This document shows positions 62,523 to 64,000 of a stretch of DNA of 64,000 nucleotides, piece after piece. Under the pieces are notes generated by a model. The model did no database searches. It was not told where the DNA came from and saw only the letters and a list, made by a program, of their open reading frames with translations. The translations under genes and the position numbers were made by a program. Source of the DNA: Candidatus Dadabacteria bacterium (GTDB lineage Bacteria; Desulfobacterota_D; UBA1144; Nemesobacterales; CSP1-2). The first letter of the stretch is position 1, and each line of letters opens with the position of its first letter. The stretch covers positions 270,621 to 334,620 of the forward strand of contig CAWDVW010000006.1 of the NCBI GenBank assembly GCA_963805855.1, given 5' to 3'.

Positions 62523-63223
62523 ATGAAGTTTAGATTTACTTTTATTATGGCTTTCGCCATTGTTATTGTGGTTGGATTGAGTTCAATTGACATTTCCTGG
62601 GCACAAGAGGTTGATAAAAGGGCACAGGGAGCCGCTAATGTTTTGAAGGCTTTTATGAACCAGCCCCCTGACAAGCAGATTCCTGCCTCTGTTTTACAAG
62701 AGGCACAGTGTATCGTTGTGATTCCAGGCTTAGTAAAGGTTAGCGTAGCTGTAGGTTATAAGAGCGGGAAAGGTTTTGCGATCTGTCGTCATGCAGATAC
62801 CGGCGAGTGGGGAGCACCGGCTTTTTATAACGCTAAAGGTCCGAGCGTTGGCATCTCGCTCGGAGGATCGTCAAGTGATGTGGTGATACTAGCGATGAAT
62901 AGTGATGCTGAAAATGCGCTGACCTCCGGAGCAGTTACTCTGGGTGGAGGTAGCGCAACCGCAGTGGCTGGCAGCACGGGAGCACAAACTGGTACTGGTG
63001 GCGCGGTACTAAAGCACCATTTTATACTTATGCTAGAGCCACGGGCGGTGTATTTGCGGGCCTTGATGTAGGGTCACTTTCAATCCAGTTTAATAAGGAT
63101 GCCAATAATAAAGCCTACAACAAGGAGATGACACCCCTTCAAGCCTTGTTGGAAAATAATGAGACCCCTCCGGCTTTGATGGTTTTCACCGATGCGGTAA
63201 AGGAATTTTCCCCAAGTAAATAG
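62523..63223 (+). CDS. Lipid-binding SYLF (Ysc84) domain protein, frameshift ~63005
   Basis: GAGGAGG RBS, signal peptide, IPASVLQEAQCIVVIP, G.G.AICR...WGAPAF. The alternative frame continues KAPFYTYARATGGVFAGLD...DANNKAY to TAG 63223. Confidence 0.85.
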
Positions 63224-63245
63224 CACCGTGATAAAGAAATGTAAA

Positions 63246-63271
63246 CCTCGGGAGGTCCTGGCCTCCCGAGG
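63246..63271. terminator. GC-rich hairpin downstream of the SYLF gene (terminator or REP-like)
   Basis: cctcgggagg-tcctgg-cctcccgagg, a perfect 10-bp stem with no clear U-tract on the + strand. Confidence 0.45.
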
Positions 63272-63582
63272 GTCTAGGTAATTTGTTACATCATATAAAT
63301 ACAAAATAGTTTTCCACTTCAAGATTTATACCCCATACATAACTTTATGCGCTGCAGTTGGCATCAGATCGATTGCAATACGCGGGATATAAGAACATCC
63401 TGCGCATATTAAGGGGATTGAAACCCTCAACACAGTTATTAAGACTTCCTTGAATTGCTTCCAAAATCTCTTGTGGTATCAAGGGCTTTGGTTATACTAA
63501 AGCCTGATTTTTTGAATGCAGGATTCATTGATTTTGCAAAAAGTACTATACTGACTCAAGCTAAGTTTGGGGTTTCATCTTC

Positions 63583-64000
63583 ATGAATAATGCGTTGCGA
63601 GGAATTAATCCTGTCACTCTCCATACGGATATTACCGAGGAAGGCTCTCTTAAGCTAATCATAAATGGAAGACTTGATTCGAGTTCGACCGGAAAAGTTT
63701 GGCGACAGGCATTACTTTCGATTGATAAATCTTCGCCTAAGCGGGTGATTGTGGATGCTTCCGGGGTAAATTATTGTGACGGCACTGGTATTGGCTTTTT
63801 GTTTAATCTTCAATTAAAACAAGCCGAAAGGGGCGGAGTGTTTGAAATTCGAGGACTTGCGGGGGAGTTTCAACAATTATTTGACCAATTCAAACCCGCT
63901 GACTTCGTCCAAGCTGATATAGAGGAGCTTGAAGCATCGAACGTTTTTGTGAATGTTGGCAGGCAAACAATTGATATGTTTCGCGGGATGGCGGCTAACA
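63583..64000 (+). CDS. STAS-domain N-terminus of a probable MlaE-family ABC permease (partial)
   Basis: Manual translation: ...LKLIINGRLDSSSTGKVW...VIVDASGVNYCDGTGIGFL...IRGL...FVNVGRQT; open to the end of the window. Confidence 0.7.
   Translation, partial: MNNALRGINPVTLHTDITEEGSLKLIINGRLDSSSTGKVWRQALLSIDKSSPKRVIVDASGVNYCDGTGIGFLFNLQLKQAERGGVFEIRGLAGEFQQLFDQFKPADFVQADIEELEASNVFVNVGRQTIDMFRGMAAN

Overview
Bacterial chromosomal window with no CRISPR array, rRNA, integrase or transposase recognised. (1) 1-13253 (-): surface-polysaccharide locus with rmlA-rmlC-rmlB-GxxExxY-rmlD, a wzm ABC permease with an in-frame stop, an ArnC/GtrB-like GT2, an ATP-grasp enzyme, a DUF6817-like protein, a wecE-like aminotransferase, a GT-C-like membrane protein, and the start of a second wzm. 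It is preceded by a sigma70-type promoter and a c-di-GMP-I (GEMM) riboswitch. (2) tRNA-fMet, then a ~12 kb accessory block: a threonine-synthase-like protein plus a co-oriented cluster of nitroreductase, DRE-TIM acyl-CoA condensing enzyme, B12 radical SAM, two CapK/PaaK ligases, two methyltransferases and a divergent amino-acid dehydrogenase. (3) Housekeeping genes (CPA1 antiporter, ispA, tlyA, fsa/tal, rpsT, holA, lipB, ndk, NusG paralog, proA, sigma70 paralog, recN, pyruvoyl Arg decarboxylase, nfo). (4) An NDH-2/cNMP/CBS fusion, RND efflux system, AI-2E, AsmA-like, SYLF and a partial STAS-MlaE gene. Intergenic DNA holds several families of palindromic repeats. Two small putative nuclease genes (GxxExxY, DUF559) are each bracketed by their own inverted repeats, and the DUF559 cassette has an apparent internally deleted sister copy. 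About ten single-base frameshifts, several in homopolymers, suggest assembly error rather than true pseudogenes. All calls come from motif recognition by eye, with no database searches.
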